Below, in pieces: positions 46,042 through 60,174 of a stretch of DNA of 64,000 nt; position 1 is the stretch's first letter, and every line of letters begins with the position of its first letter. The stretch is from Eledone cirrhosa (lineage: Eukaryota). The position numbers and the translations under genes are program-made. The DNA is taken from the NCBI GenBank assembly GCA_964016885.1, contig OZ024757.1, positions 40,858,001 to 40,922,000 of the forward strand, in the 5' to 3' direction. The notes under the pieces were generated by a model that worked only from the letters and a program-made list of their open reading frames with translations, had not been told where the DNA came from and did not search any database.

Positions 46042-46677
46042 CTCGAGATTAAGCCATTTGTTTTTGTGGTGAAAGTTACAATTAATGTCGGATAACTGTA
46101 TTATGAAATTATAGCTCTTAGAAAAACAAATTATCTTAGGCGTAAGAATGAAATAATTAGCTTTGCAGCCTTATGTGGTTTCCTTCTAGCTATTTTCCTT
46201 TGGAACTCATTTCTTTACTCTGCCTTTACAGTCTGGTTTAGTACCAAAGAATATTTTCAGATCAATTGGCACGGCGCAAAGTTGTTAGAGTTAATAGAAC
46301 GGTTTGCAACGGTTTGCAACATAGTACGTACAATGATACGTCTCTATATAATTTCAGAATCGAGATTATGGAGATACATTTAATATTATTACATTATAAC
46401 TGATATCCTATCTCGCCAACCATCCCAAGAGGTTTGTCTTATTACTATAGATATTTTCGCAACTATGCTGTTAGCAAGTGGATCTCATTCATTCTAAATA
46501 GAGTTGATTTATTCTGGTCGGTGTCAGTAGAGACTCCTAGCGGAAATGAATGGATGGAGGTTGTTGAAACTAAAACGTACTTCCAACTTCAGCAAGAATC
46601 ATCACAAGATCACAAAGCTATTATTTAGATGTTTTGCTATATAAATATATACATGTATATATATATGAATATATACA

Positions 46678-46762
<85 letters not shown>

Positions 46763-46866
46763 ATGTGTATGTATATGTTTATACATATACATTTATTAAT
46801 ATATGTATATATGTGTGTGTATGTATATTATACATATACATATATTAATATGTGTGTATATATATG

Positions 46867-46910
<44 letters not shown>

Positions 46911-47106
46911 TACATATATTTCTTCATCTAAGCATATCAGTTCCAACAATGGCCTGTACAAATCTAACGAGGATTACACAAAAATCATTTTGATAAGCGA
47001 TAGTTGAAAATATCGGAAAGAAAAAAAAACACAGGAATATACAGAGAGAGTGGGATGAGTGAGAAAGAGAGAGATAAATAGATAGATAGAGAGAGAGAGA
47101 GATAGA

Positions 47107-47182
<76 letters not shown>

Positions 47183-47446
47183 TATCCTAAGTATTGTTGG
47201 AACATGAAAGACTGGCTTTTACTTTTACTCTCAGATACATAGTAGTTTTGATGTTCCCAGAGATGTTGGTAGTGATTGTAGTGTTATTGGTGGTGGTGGT
47301 GGTGGTGGTGGTGGTGGTGGTGGTGGTGGTGGCGGTGTGGTTGTTTTTGTTGTTGGTGTTGTTGTTGGTGGTGGCGGTGGTGGTGGTGGTGGTGTTGTTG
47401 TTGTTGGTGAGGGTGGTTGTGTTGTTGTTGTTGGTGAGGGTGGTTG

Positions 47447-47477
<31 letters not shown>

Positions 47478-47571
47478 GGTGTTGGAGGTGGTGTTGTTGG
47501 TGTTTGTGGTATTGTTGTTGGTGGTTGTTATTCCTGTAATGGTTGCAGTTGATGGTTTTTATTGTGGTTAT

Positions 47572-47657
47572 TTATGGTGGACGTGAATCACGGGTAATGT
47601 CCGAAAGAATACGTTCGCGGGTACAAGCGGCCGAAATGGGGTTCCTCTGAAGGGTCT
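47572..47657 (+). mobile_element. RTE LINE reverse transcriptase fragment between microsatellites
   Basis: ESRVMSERIRSRVQAAEMGFL*RV matches the RTE ESWVMTER..VQAAEM.FLRR motif. Confidence 0.8.
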
Positions 47658-47711
47658 TTGGTAGTAAGGGTACTAGGTGTTGTTGTTGTTGGTGTTGTGG
47701 CAGGGTTGGAG

Positions 47712-47794
<83 letters not shown>

Positions 47795-47893
47795 GGTAGT
47801 AGTAGTAGTAGCAGTAGTGGTAGCAGTAGCAGTAGTAGTAGTGGTAGTAGTAGCAGTAGCAGTATCAGCAGCAGCAGCAGCAGCAGCAGCATC

Positions 47894-47930
<37 letters not shown>

Positions 47931-48299
47931 TATGTTGTTGTGGTTGATATATTAGACGTTTCATGTGCTGTCGATGTTTGATATGAGGGTTACTCCCCAG
48001 AGAGAGGGTTTAGCTATATAACCTGCAAATATCTGCCGTTTATGTTAGTTCAGAAGAAAGACAAGCTTTAAGTGAAGTCAAACACGGCCCATTATACATA
48101 TTCCATTCACAACTAATATACAATATCACATCAAAATATACAGTTCTTTCAATTATGTTCACTCTAACTCTACCCAACACACAACCATGTATATATATTG
48201 GCTTTATAGTTAGTTTTAGTTTGTTATACATATCAGAGTTTCCCCCCCAAAGCTTTTTGTAATTCATATCAGAGATTATCACGATGTTTCAAACAACAA

Positions 48300-48760
48300 G
48301 GGTGGTGGATTGGTAGGAGAATCAGTGGAGCGCTGGACAAATGCTTTATTGCATAGAATTACGGCTTTTACGATCTAAGTTCAGATCCTGTCGAGGTTAA
48401 CCTTGCCTTTCATCCTTATAGGGTCGGTTAAATCGTCTTTCCCTTCCCCAAAATTGCTGGCCTTGTGCCTAAAGTAGAAACAATTATTACTACTTTACAT
48501 TCTAAGTTCAAATCCTGTTGAGGTTAGCTTTACCTTTCATCGATAAAATAAAGTCGATAAAATAAAGTACCAGTAATGCACTGGGGTAGATTAAATCGTA
48601 TTTCTCCTCCCCCAAAATTGTGGCCTTGTGCCTATAGTAGAAACAATTATTATTATTTTACGATCTAGGGCAGGAGGTAGGCGGTATCAGTAGAGGGTCG
48701 GACGCCATGCTTTGCAGCATAGAGTTACGGCCCTTTATGGTCTGAGTTCAAATCCCGCCA
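48300..48760 (+). mobile_element. Cluster of three Nin-type SINE copies or fragments
   Basis: Repeated heads, B-boxes and 3' ends ggccttgtgcct..agtagaaacaattatt. Confidence 0.85.
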
Positions 48761-48799
48761 TATAATCCTACCTTATAGAAAGTATGTTCTATGTTGGTA

Positions 48800-49045
48800 C
48801 CACAGAACACCCAGTTCACTCTGTAAAGTGGTCATGTAGGAGGCACGGTAAAAAGGCTCTCAATCCACACTGCAAATATGGTTGGTGTTAGGAAGAGCAT
48901 CCAGCCGTAGAAAACCTATCAGATACAGTTCTATACGAGCGAAACACCGTCATCCGACCAATCTTGCCTCAAGTAGGACAATCCCGTCTAATCCATGCTA
49001 GCGTGGAAGATGGACGTTAAATGATGATGATGATGATGATGATGG
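48800..49045 (+). mobile_element. 3' part of an octopus-type SINE with (GAT)n tail
   Basis: ggttggtgttaggaagagcatccagccgtagaaaacc..ccatgctagcgtggaagatggacgttaaatgatgatg. Confidence 0.7.
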
Positions 49046-50137
49046 TGATGGTGATGGTGGTGGTGGTGGTGGTGGTGGTGGTGATGATAGAAAGAAAAAC
49101 CGTGTTATATTCTTTTAACGTACGAAAAGATAAAAAGTATATCACAGGAAACTAGAAAGATGTTGATGAAATTTTCTCTTCAATTATTATGGACACGAGG
49201 CAATAAAGAATACAACAACAACAACAGCAGCAAGACAACAACAGCAACAACAACAATAATTGCCGTGAACCAAACACACTAACTCTTCAACAACACACCA
49301 CGACGTTCACCAGACCCGATATTTATACTTAAATACAAATATTTTCCTTCTTAATCTTTTACTATCTCTCACATAGTGTCTCAGCATTGCTATATATTAT
49401 TTCATTTCAAAATGGTTTCTTTCTAAATATGATTTATAGGTCGCCATTTTTTGCTGTTGCCGTCGTGTGTGGTTATTGTTATTGTTGTTGTCATTGTTGT
49501 TATTGTTGTTGCTGGTGTTAGTGGTGGTGGTGGTGGTGGTAGTGTAGTTCTTTAGTATTATTCCAATCTCAACTGGTACTTCCGGTTTTATATAAGGGGA
49601 AGTAATAATTCATAATTATTCACAGGATATAAATCTTATGTTCCCCATATATTGTTGTTTTTTTCTTTGTTTTCATATATTTCATTTATTCCTATACCAC
49701 TTCTCCCCCACACCGACCCACCCACCTCACTCCAAACGCCCCCGCCTCACTCCAAAGATCCCCTTCCCCCCAAACAGCCCCTTCCCACTCCAAACACCAC
49801 CTCCCCAACACGTCCTATATTCTATATTTCTTTGATGTCACTTTCTAGAAAATATTTTCTCATCAAATAAACAATTTATATTTACAAGCCTCCACGCCGA
49901 ACGAGGAGGTCCACCAAAGAATCACCCAGCTATTGCAAGCAGTGCTGTTACTTGAACAACTGGAACACCCATCTTAAAAACTGATAGAGGCCCCAATATA
50001 CCCAACAGACGTCTTTCGTCACAACTACTGTCACCTTTTCAATGACTCTTATTGCTTCTCTCTGTAGCATCTTCTGTTTACCTCGTCTTGTATTTCTATG
50101 GTGTAGATCTTGTCTGTGTATACGTGTGTGTTGGTGT

Positions 50138-50630
50138 ATATGTATGTCTATATATGTCTATATATGTCTGTAAATGTTTGTATATGTCTGTAAATGTCTC
50201 TATATGTCTATATATGTCTATATATGTCTATATATGTCTATATATGTCTATATATGTCTGTATATGTCTATATATGTCTCTATATGTCTATATATGTCTA
50301 TATATGTCTATATATGTCTATATATGTCTGTAAATGTCTGTATATGTCTGTAAATGTCTCTATATGTCTCTATATGTCTATATATGTCTATATATGTCTA
50401 TATATGTCTATATATGTCTGTAAATGTCTGTATATGTCTGTAAATGTCTGTATATGTCTGTATATGTCTATACATGTCTATATATGACTATATATGTCTA
50501 TATATGTCTATATATGTCTATATATGTCTGTATATGTCTATATATGTCTATATATGTCTATATATGTATATATATGTATATGTATGTCTGTATATGTATG
50601 TATATGTATATCTGTATATATGTATGTGTC
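50138..50630. repeat. 10 bp repeat (TATATGTCTA)n; a related inverse block is at ~59750-60260
   Basis: Direct inspection. Confidence 0.93.
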
Positions 50631-50679
50631 TTTCACTATCTGTGACTTGCTACATCATGTCACGTCTGTCATTCTCTCA

Positions 50680-51062
50680 TTCTGAGTTCAAATCCCGCCG
50701 AGGTTAACTTTGCCCTTCATCCTTACGGAGTCGGTAATATAAAGTACCAGTAATGCACTGGTGTCGATTTAATCGACTATCCCCTCCCTTAAAAAAAATT
50801 GCTGTCCTTGTGCCTATATAAGAAATAATTATTATTAGAGCGGTGGTTCGGCATAATCGTTAGAGCGTCGCAAAACATGCATTATGGCATAGAGTTTCGC
50901 CCCTTTTTGATCTGAGTTCGAATCCTACTGAGGTTAGCTTTGCTTTTCATCCTTACGGGATCGATAAAATTAAGCACTAGTAATTGACTGGGGTCGATTT
51001 AACCGACTTTCCTCTCCCCCTAGAACAAATTGCTGGCCTTTTACCTAAAGTAGAAACAATTT
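50680..51062 (+). mobile_element. Two tandem Nin-type SINEs
   Basis: Family core twice, with B-boxes GAGTTCAAATCC and GAGTTCGAATCC. Confidence 0.87.
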
Positions 51063-51586
51063 AAACCCTTGTGGTTAATAAAGAAAGCAGTATTAGTATT
51101 ATTAGTATTATTAGTAGTATTAGTATAATCTTTCATATTATTTTCCAACTCCCTGTCATTATATTCTTTTGATGTTTTGTTGATTATAGAGAGAAGATTG
51201 GTGCCACGCTGTGGGACGTTGCCTTGAACATCTTATCTTGATTATGTATTGACAGCAGTCTCTGGTAATTATTGTATCGATCTAAGACAGGGACGAGAAC
51301 CGAGTTCGTTTGGCCGCAAGGGAAATAACTCAATACTAAGCCTGTACTAAACACGAGACGGCTGTTACGTTTGTCACAGCGGAAACTTCCATCACACACA
51401 TACATACGTAAACACATGCTTGCATACATACATAAACACAGGCATACATGCATACATATATATATACATATATACATACATATATACATACATACATATA
51501 TACATACATATATACATACATACATATATACATACATATATACATACACACGTAAACACATGCTTGAATACATACACAAACACATG

Positions 51587-51657
<71 letters not shown>

Positions 51658-52056
51658 ATACACGCATAAATTCATGCATACATAAACACAGGCATACATG
51701 CATATATATATATATATATATATATACATACATACACGCATAAATACATGCATACATATATACACACATACATACATACATTCAAAAATTTTACACACGC
51801 ATACTTACATACATATATACATCCACACAAAAACACGCATACGTAAATACATATATATACACACATAAACATATAAATACGAAAGGTCAAAAAATGTATA
51901 AATAAGACTATAACGTTGATATATGTTAGTTTAAATGGTGATAGAGTAGGAAAGGAATATTGACGTTTCTGGTGTTAGTTTTTCATCGGAATGGGAGGTG
52001 AGAAAATATATAGAAACATATTCGAGAACAAGATAGATAACAGGGTAGATATATAG

Positions 52057-52153
<97 letters not shown>

Positions 52154-52312
52154 ATATTATATATATATATAGAGAGAGAGAGGGGGAGGGACAGGGAGAG
52201 AGACATACAGACAGATAGATAGAGAGATAAATAGATAGATGGATATGTATATATATATATATATATTGGTAGATAGATACGTAGATAGACAGATATATAG
52301 ATAGATAGATAC

Positions 52313-52437
<125 letters not shown>

Positions 52438-52438
52438 C

Positions 52439-52477
<39 letters not shown>

Positions 52478-52657
52478 AGACAGAATTAGGTCAAGAGTAT
52501 ATCTTTTATCACACTCGAATAGCTTCCAGTTGTAACGTGATTCAATTAGAGTGAAACCATCATTACCTATGTAAACTTGTAACAAAATAATGATTATACA
52601 TACCTATATATATATATATATATCATTATAAATATATATATACAGAGAAAGGTGAGA

Positions 52658-52765
<108 letters not shown>

Positions 52766-52931
52766 CCTGTTGTTAAGTAGTTTAGTAAGGGCGCAATTAT
52801 TTCCTATTTCTTTAGCTCATCACTAAACATGGCAATTGTCCAGTTGGCAGATGTGGACATGGAGCCTGGAGGGACAGTTTGGATGAATGGAGGTATGAAT
52901 ATATATTTATATATATATGTGTGTGTGTGTG

Positions 52932-53430
52932 TATCCCGCGTCAATCGGGGGTAACCACAGTAAGTAAGGAACTCAATACATAGTATATACAATATTTAAT
53001 AGAGAAAGGCTACTGCAGGACTACAACTGTTTCATTCGAATTAAATCATCAGCGAAGTATATATATTTATATACTTTTAATTCTATTCTAAGGTATGTTA
53101 ATATCTTAACACAAAATATTATATTTTATCTGATGAAAGCACACTAAAATGTTGTCTCCTTGAAATACCTATATTAAAATAAATATGGTGTCATGAAGAT
53201 ATTCTCCATTTATTAATATTGTTAATGTATATTTGTGAGTCCTGGTTTAATCAGGGGTAACCGCAGTAACTAAGGTACCCAATACATTAGTAGAGTGTAA
53301 ACATCAATGTTTAATCTAGAAAGGACTTCTACAGGATCAGAACTGTTTCATTCCAGTGAAATCATAAGAATGATTTCATACGGATGATACAGTTATAGTC
53401 ATAAAGAAGCCCTTTCTAGATTACTTATGA
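52932..53430. mobile_element. Adjacent PLE-type short elements: family C (-) 52932-53057, family D (+) ~53110-53228 with HHR 53122-53181, palindromic family C 53236-53430
   Basis: CTGATGA..GAAAC on - at 53011-53052; tattttat-CTGATGA..GAAA on + at 53122; family C tails. Confidence 0.7.
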
Positions 53431-53451
53431 TATATATATAGTGTAAATATA

Positions 53452-53660
53452 TAATAAGAACGTAAACAAGAGAAGAAAAGTTGCCCTTCGTCAGCTGTTT
53501 ATTACAGATCATAGATGTTTCGGCGCTTAAAACAGGACATCGATATCAAGCCACGGACACGCTATAGATCGATGTCCTGTTTTAAGCGCCGAAACATCTA
53601 TGATCTATAGTAAGCAGCTGACGAAGAGCAACTTTTCTTCTCTTGTTTACGTCCCTATTA
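53452..53660. repeat. ~93 bp inverted repeat element
   Basis: Arms 53452-53544 and 53568-53660. Confidence 0.85.
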
Positions 53661-53729
53661 CATTCTTACACTTCGTTTGCAGTAATCACACAGCCTGCCT
53701 CTTTCACATAGATAACACAAATACGGTGG

Positions 53730-53849
53730 GGTAGATACCCGGTGGACCATAACGCACCAGAGTACAGCATACTTAGGGTAGTGGAGGGGGTAATATGAAA
53801 AGATTCAGGACTCCGACGGCTGAGCTCCGGCCGTTTCGACAGCTAGCTA
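53730..53849 (-). mobile_element. Family A element
   Basis: Reverse-complement homolog of 936-1060. Confidence 0.7.
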
Positions 53850-54140
53850 CGAACATATATATATATATAACCACAGTATGGAATATAAGTAGCTTAATAA
53901 ACTAGTTTTTAGAAATGTGAATAAGAAGAAATCGTGGCTGTATGAAGCAATTGTTATAATGTTATGTAGTTTTATTAAATGTTCAACGTTAGGCCTGTTT
54001 ACAAGGCCGCCATTATTGTGTGTCTTCATAAGTAGTAATCTAATTATGATCTCTACCACATCCAGCCACTATATATATACATATATATATATACATACAT
54101 ACATATATATATTTACATAGATATATATTCAGATATTTAT

Positions 54141-54267
<127 letters not shown>

Positions 54268-54980
54268 CTGGTATAAATAAAGCGCTAAACATCTGCTTGA
54301 AATAGAGTAAGCATTCATTTAGTGAAAGTGAGATCTTCATTCAATTATGTTTTAATTCACTACCAATATTAACCTTCTGTTCAGTTTTACTTTAATTCAC
54401 TTTTATAATCTTTAAGAGAATTAATTTTATCATAGTCCATCATAAAATTTAATTAATATCGTAAGCGACACATTTTCATTTGCGAAATTAAATTTGCTCG
54501 TACATGATAACACAGTTTAAATAAGTTGGCTGTGAAATCTATTTTTCTACATCATGTAACTATTTAAAGAGAAACATGATAGAATAACAACTATTTTAGA
54601 AGATTCGATGAAATGTTATAAGCAGCCTCGAGGTTATTATTCTAAAAAATGTTTATGAGAATCCACAATTTGTATTCTCTCTCTACCTTATCTTCTTATT
54701 TATGAGACAGAAAAGCAAAAACTATCATTGTACATGGGATTCGAACTCAGAAATTAATGAGATGTAAAATTAATAGTAAAACATTGCAACATTTGATGAG
54801 AGGATCCCACATTTATCGTCTTTCGTCTTAATTGAAGCGAAATAAAGCAAAGTCTATCACCATGGGAATCGAACATAGGGTTTAATGAGATATAACATAA
54901 ATACCATTAACTCTTTAAAGTGTTTCACTCTCGTTTCCCTATCGTTTCTCTCACTAGCTAGAGTAATTAAACTTGGAAAA

Positions 54981-55127
54981 TATATTTGCATGTATATTAT
55001 ATAGATTAATGCAGGGGTTGTATCAGCAGAGTCGATACATATTGCAATTAATATTTGCGTATATTATATAGATTAAGGCTGGGATCAAATCGGCAGAGTC
55101 AATCAATATTGCAATCAATATTTGCAG
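54981..55127 (+). repeat. ~70 bp tandem repeat, 2 units
   Basis: atatttgc..tatattatatagattaa..gcagagtc.at..atattgcaat twice. Confidence 0.8.
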
Positions 55128-55374
55128 TCACTTCTGCCACAAACCCCCAGTAATGTGGCCTGCAATGCAGTGATAAGGAAGCTAAACAGCGACCATTGAT
55201 TGCTCCACCGTTTCCTCTAGTAAATATATGTCGATTAAATATGTATATGATGCAACACTGATTCTTTGTTCCCTAATTATTATTAATAATACTCTGCTCC
55301 CCAATAGTAATGAGTGCTCATCTTGGCATACCACTTGTTAACGCAATCCTATTGCACCCTTTAATACTATATAT

Positions 55375-55786
55375 ATATATATATATGAATGTATATATAG
55401 TGTATTTTGCAATACACTGTATGCTTAATTAAAAGCATTTCGAAGACCTTACGCAATTGTTTTAGAGTAGTGACAGTCTCACTTACTTTTAATTTTCGGC
55501 AAACAGGGGAGATAAAGCTGACAGATCTCTGTTTCGTACTGATTGGTACTTATCAAAGCCAAGTACTCCATCTGTTTGCTGAAAATCATGAATGTTTGAT
55601 TCTTATAGAATTCTAGTAATAATCAAGAACAGAGCTCTGTCAGCTTTATCTCCCCTGTTTGCTAAACATTTAAAGTAAGTGAGACTGTCACTACTCTAAA
55701 ACAATAGCGTAAGGTCTTCGAAATGCTTTTAATTAAGCACACAGTGTATTGCAAAATACACTATATATACATTCATATATATATAT
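55375..55786. mobile_element. Palindromic family H element
   Basis: ~160 bp arms 55375-55534 and 55628-55786, both running out to the same 3' end. Confidence 0.85.
55493..55585 (-). ncRNA. Type I hammerhead with extended stem I, U3-A8 core
   Basis: TTTTCaGCAAACAG..ggct-TTGATAA-GTAC caatca GTAC-GAAA-CAGA ga TCTG-TC-agct..CTGTTTGCcGAAAA. Confidence 0.8.
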
Positions 55787-55810
55787 CGCTATTTCAGAGC
55801 ACCAATTCTA

Positions 55811-55882
<72 letters not shown>

Positions 55883-56681
55883 AGTTTAGGAATAACCAAA
55901 GATTTCTTAGAAATACATTGTTTAATTTTCTAACAGTGTTTCATCCGTACCCTACGGCAGGAATCATCGGATCCTATGAACAAAAATATATCAAAGGTTG
56001 CAGGCTCCATCGAGCTCAGTCACCAGAACAAGGATGAAGGACAAATAGGGTGTCCCAGGCCAGCGCTGTATAGAACAACACACAATACATGATAGATATA
56101 ATGTCATAAAAAATTACATCAAAAGTTTATCACATAAACGGTGCAATAGATCCAAAGGAGGTTGAGAGAGGAGAGCAAGAAATGAATGAGGGTGTTATTC
56201 AGCATGATCACAAAACAAACCAAGCATAGACACATCAATTCACAAGGGGTGCAAATACATGATTTACAGGCAGAGTATGAAGGCTTGTAAGCAGGAGTCA
56301 GTAAAAAGAAAAGTTGGTTAGCTGTGGTGCACCTTGACAAGCAGAATGTATAGGAAAGATGGTACACTCCAGTAGTATCGCCTTGCAACAGGTCGCTTTC
56401 TCCATATCAGGCCACCACCCTCTATCCATTGGTTCCAGTTCCAAGCATTAGGCGACATAATACCAGGTTTCCAAACACACGCCTAGAGGACTTCCTCACA
56501 GAGGCAGTCTGCAACAAACACCTTAAATCTAAAATAGAATGCAATGAAGTGAGGTAAAGTAGAGTACATGCACTGCTGGCACTCCAATGAAAAAAGTGAA
56601 AATAAAACAGGTCCCCAATATCTGCTATCTCTTAAAGTCTTCACGTTCGGTTACGCAACCCAACGTCCCACGTGAAATAAA

Positions 56682-57040
56682 CAAAACTTTGGTACGCTCT
56701 CATCAGATAAAATACAAAGTTTGTTTTATAAATAATTGACATATCCAGGAAGATCTTAACGATTCAAGTTTATCCAGGAAAAACTTGAATCGTTAAGATC
56801 TTCTTCCTGAATATGTCAAATATTTATAAAACAAACTTTCTATTTTATCTGATGAGAGCGTACCAAAGTTTTGGTACCCTTGAGATATATAATAGAATAA
56901 ATATGCTTTTATAAATATACTTTCCATTTATTTAATATCATTGAATATTATACTCCGGAAAACGTGTCGAGTGCTTCGAATCAGTTATAAACATTTATAT
57001 TTGTTGAATTACCAACAAATTAAATATCCCTTTTGCTTAT
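56682..57040 (+). mobile_element. Palindromic family D element with hammerhead at 56841-56899 (GAAA mutated to GAGA)
   Basis: Arms 56682-56771 and 56781-56873. tattttat-CTGATGA-gAGcGTACCAA agtt TTGGTACcCTt-GAGA. Confidence 0.8.
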
Positions 57041-57151
57041 ATATATATATATACATACATATATATACATATATATATATATATATACATACATCTATAT
57101 ATATGAGGGTGTTAAAGTTCCCTCTGCATTGTTGTGGCTTTCTAAACTACG

Positions 57152-57182
<31 letters not shown>

Positions 57183-57199
57183 AATATATATATATATAC

Positions 57200-57244
<45 letters not shown>

Positions 57245-57328
57245 AAAAGAATCAGAACCCCGACGGCTATATGGTCCACCTAGTTTCTTTCTACACTTTC
57301 TTTGTTATATATAAATAAATATATATAT

Positions 57329-57414
<86 letters not shown>

Positions 57415-57869
57415 AGAAGAAGAAGAAGAAGAAGAAGAAGAAGAAGAAGAAGAAGAAGAAGAAGAAGAAGAAGAAGAAGAGATGTTTCTAATTCCCTTTG
57501 ATTTGAACGCCCGAAGGTTTCAGGAGACGTGGGAGGTGGCAACAAGAAATATACCAGTAGGGGATGTATTATAAATATTTTGGACACCTCATAATTATAA
57601 ATAACTTAAGGCCGGGTTAATTAGTTAATGTTCTAAGAATGGGTAACAGGAGAAGGAATAAATAATGTTTTGTCGCAGCAAGACTGAATAAAGAAAACAT
57701 AAAATATATATATGTATTTGTTTTGTAAGTTTCTTGATGTGAAATAGTGTGTGGAAACTGATATTGTTATATTTAGGGGATGGTGATGTTGCCAGAATTG
57801 CCAATTAGAAAAGTGGACAAAACAAAAAAGACATGCACCACACTATATAGAGAAAAGGTGGAGTAACAT

Positions 57870-58240
57870 ATTAAGTCCCGGGCTCAATCGGGGGTAACCA
57901 CAGTAAAGAAATTACTCAATACATTAGTAGAGTGTAAACATCAAGTTTAATATAGCAATGGCTTCTACGGGATTAGAACTGTTTTATTCGATTGAAACAG
58001 TTCTAGATTTGTAGAAGCCAATATGATGTTTACACTTACTAATGTATTGAGATACTAAATCTGTCTGACCCTCAGTCCTGTGTTATCGCAAAATTAAACT
58101 ACACTGGTCTGAGGATCAGGCAGATTTGGAATCTGGTCTGGAACGTCAACTCGGATCACGAACCAGCTGTTTGTGAAACATTTGTAACCAGGTTGAACAA
58201 TAAATCTCTTATGTAACACTTCCACTTTGTTCTTATGATA
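57870..58240. mobile_element. Palindromic family C element (57870-58050) followed by another hairpin element with degenerate CTGAGGA..GAACGTC (58056-58240)
   Basis: Inverted arms visible in both. Family C tail on the minus strand. Confidence 0.6.
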
Positions 58241-58248
58241 TATATATA

Positions 58249-58312
<64 letters not shown>

Positions 58313-58317
<5 letters not shown>

Positions 58318-58503
58318 GTTTCTATTTTAGGCACAAGGCCAGCAACTACGCAGTACATTACTGGTACTTTATTTTATCGACCCCGTAAGGATGAAAGGCA
58401 CAGTTAACCTCGGCGGGATTTGAACTCAGATCATAAAGGGACGTAACTCTATGCTTCAAAGCATGGTGTCCAACTCTCTACCGATACTGCCAATCCCCCA
58501 CCC
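58313..58503 (-). mobile_element. Full-length Nin-type SINE
   Basis: Head, B-box, core and 3' end on the minus strand. Confidence 0.9.
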
Positions 58504-58522
58504 TATATATATATATAATAAT

Positions 58523-58574
58523 GAGTTTCAGAAGATCCCGTAAGGGTGAAAGCAGCGATTATTTGCTTAAACTT
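58523..58574 (+). ncRNA. Hammerhead-like motif with CAGAAGA core (family G)
   Basis: gagttt-CAGAAGA-tCCC gtaa GGGt-GAAA-GCA..TGC-TT-aaactt. Confidence 0.6.
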
Positions 58575-58589
58575 TAATCTGTTATTTTA

Positions 58590-58630
<41 letters not shown>

Positions 58631-58634
<4 letters not shown>

Positions 58635-58925
58635 AAAAAGTTTGACCCCGATGGCAGAGCTCAATCCGTCGAGAGGGCTTGAGCTCTGCCGTCGAGGTCA
58701 AACGTTTTCCTATTACCCACTCTACTACCCTAAGTATTGAGTACTCTGGTGCGTTATGGTCCATCTGGTTCCTCACTTCACCTCCTTCGTTATATATAAG
58801 TTTATCCCGGGTTCAATCGGGTATAACCACAGTAAGTAAAGTTCAATACATAGTAGAGTGTATAAATATTGATAAATATGTATACATTTAATATAGAAAA
58901 TCTATATTAAATGTATACATTTTTT
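58631..58925. mobile_element. Palindromic family A element (+, 58631-58797) abutting a family C tail (-, 58798-58925)
   Basis: Homology to other copies. The two are joined tail-to-tail through a short TA run. Confidence 0.75.
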
Positions 58926-58973
58926 CCATTTCCAACCCGCCCGTACCCTCAATCTATCTTATTTCTCATTCTT

Positions 58974-59008
58974 TCTTCTGATGAAGGATAGCGTCCGAAA
59001 CGTTAAGA
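58974..59008 (+). ncRNA. Minimal type I hammerhead ribozyme motif, canonical core (family I; tail to ~59095)
   Basis: tctt-CTGATGA-aGGA tagcg TCC-GAAA-CG-TT-aaga. Palindromic AACGTT stem III. Confidence 0.85.
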
Positions 59009-59137
59009 CCCTCTTCCTGTTATATCAAGCGGTCACCTAATATATCCCTTCCATATACTGTACCGATTGTGTTGTTATTTCTGTTTACCTTTTACACACA
59101 CACATATATATATTTATATATATATATATATATATTT

Positions 59138-59345
59138 CAGACCAGAAAGAAGAGGAGACACAAAAGAGAACAGATATTCACTGGGGTGGTCACAGAATGT
59201 GTGACGAAAGAATATTGACGAGCTAAAGAAAGAACCAACAATAAAGATAAAGTGAAAAGTTTTTTTTTTTAAATCATACGGAGCGTGTGTTTTTTTTATT
59301 GGCAATACCAACAAGACCATCCCGTAAATATAACAATATTAAACA
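59138..59345 (+). mobile_element. Diverged family B element with degenerate hammerhead core
   Basis: tca-CTGgggt-gGTCACagaatgtGTGAC-GAAAG..tgac and a family B-like tail. Confidence 0.6.
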
Positions 59346-59891
59346 TATTTATATTTCTTAAAGAGAAGTCAATGCCATGTTATAAATAGATTGCTTCCAT
59401 TAGTTTAGACATTTTTTGTCTCTTAATCTCACAACGCACTAAAATATATCGTTTTTCTTTTTATTGATGTGTTTATATATTTATATTCGGTTACACAGTT
59501 TAATGTTTTGTTATGTCTTTCTGTGTTATTTTTTCCTACAGACTTGACTGAAATAGTTAATGTTAACCTCCATGGTGTCTAAATTTCTAGTCATTACGGT
59601 TGATTGTCACAGCACGACCAATTTCGTCATGCGAAAGTATGTATAACAAACGAGTGTAGTGATAGCCTTTTAGAGCAGTACAGAACCTTGAATCGCCTGC
59701 CAATGTCGGCTGCCGTTTATATCAAGGGTACTTATTCTACATTGAAATATAGACACAAATATATAGACATATATATATAGACATATATATATATATATAT
59801 ACATATATATATAGACATATATGTATAGACATATATATGTATATACATATATATGTAGACATATATATATACACATATATATATAGACATA

Positions 59892-59923
<32 letters not shown>

Positions 59924-60143
59924 GACATATATATATATAGACATATATATGTATATACATATATATGTAGACATATATATATAGACATATATATATATAG
60001 AGACATATATATATAGACATATATATATAGACATATATACACACACATATATAGATAGATACATATTAAACACACACATATATATATATATATACACACA
60101 TTTATATAGATACATATATACACATATATATATAGACATATAT

Positions 60144-60174
<31 letters not shown>

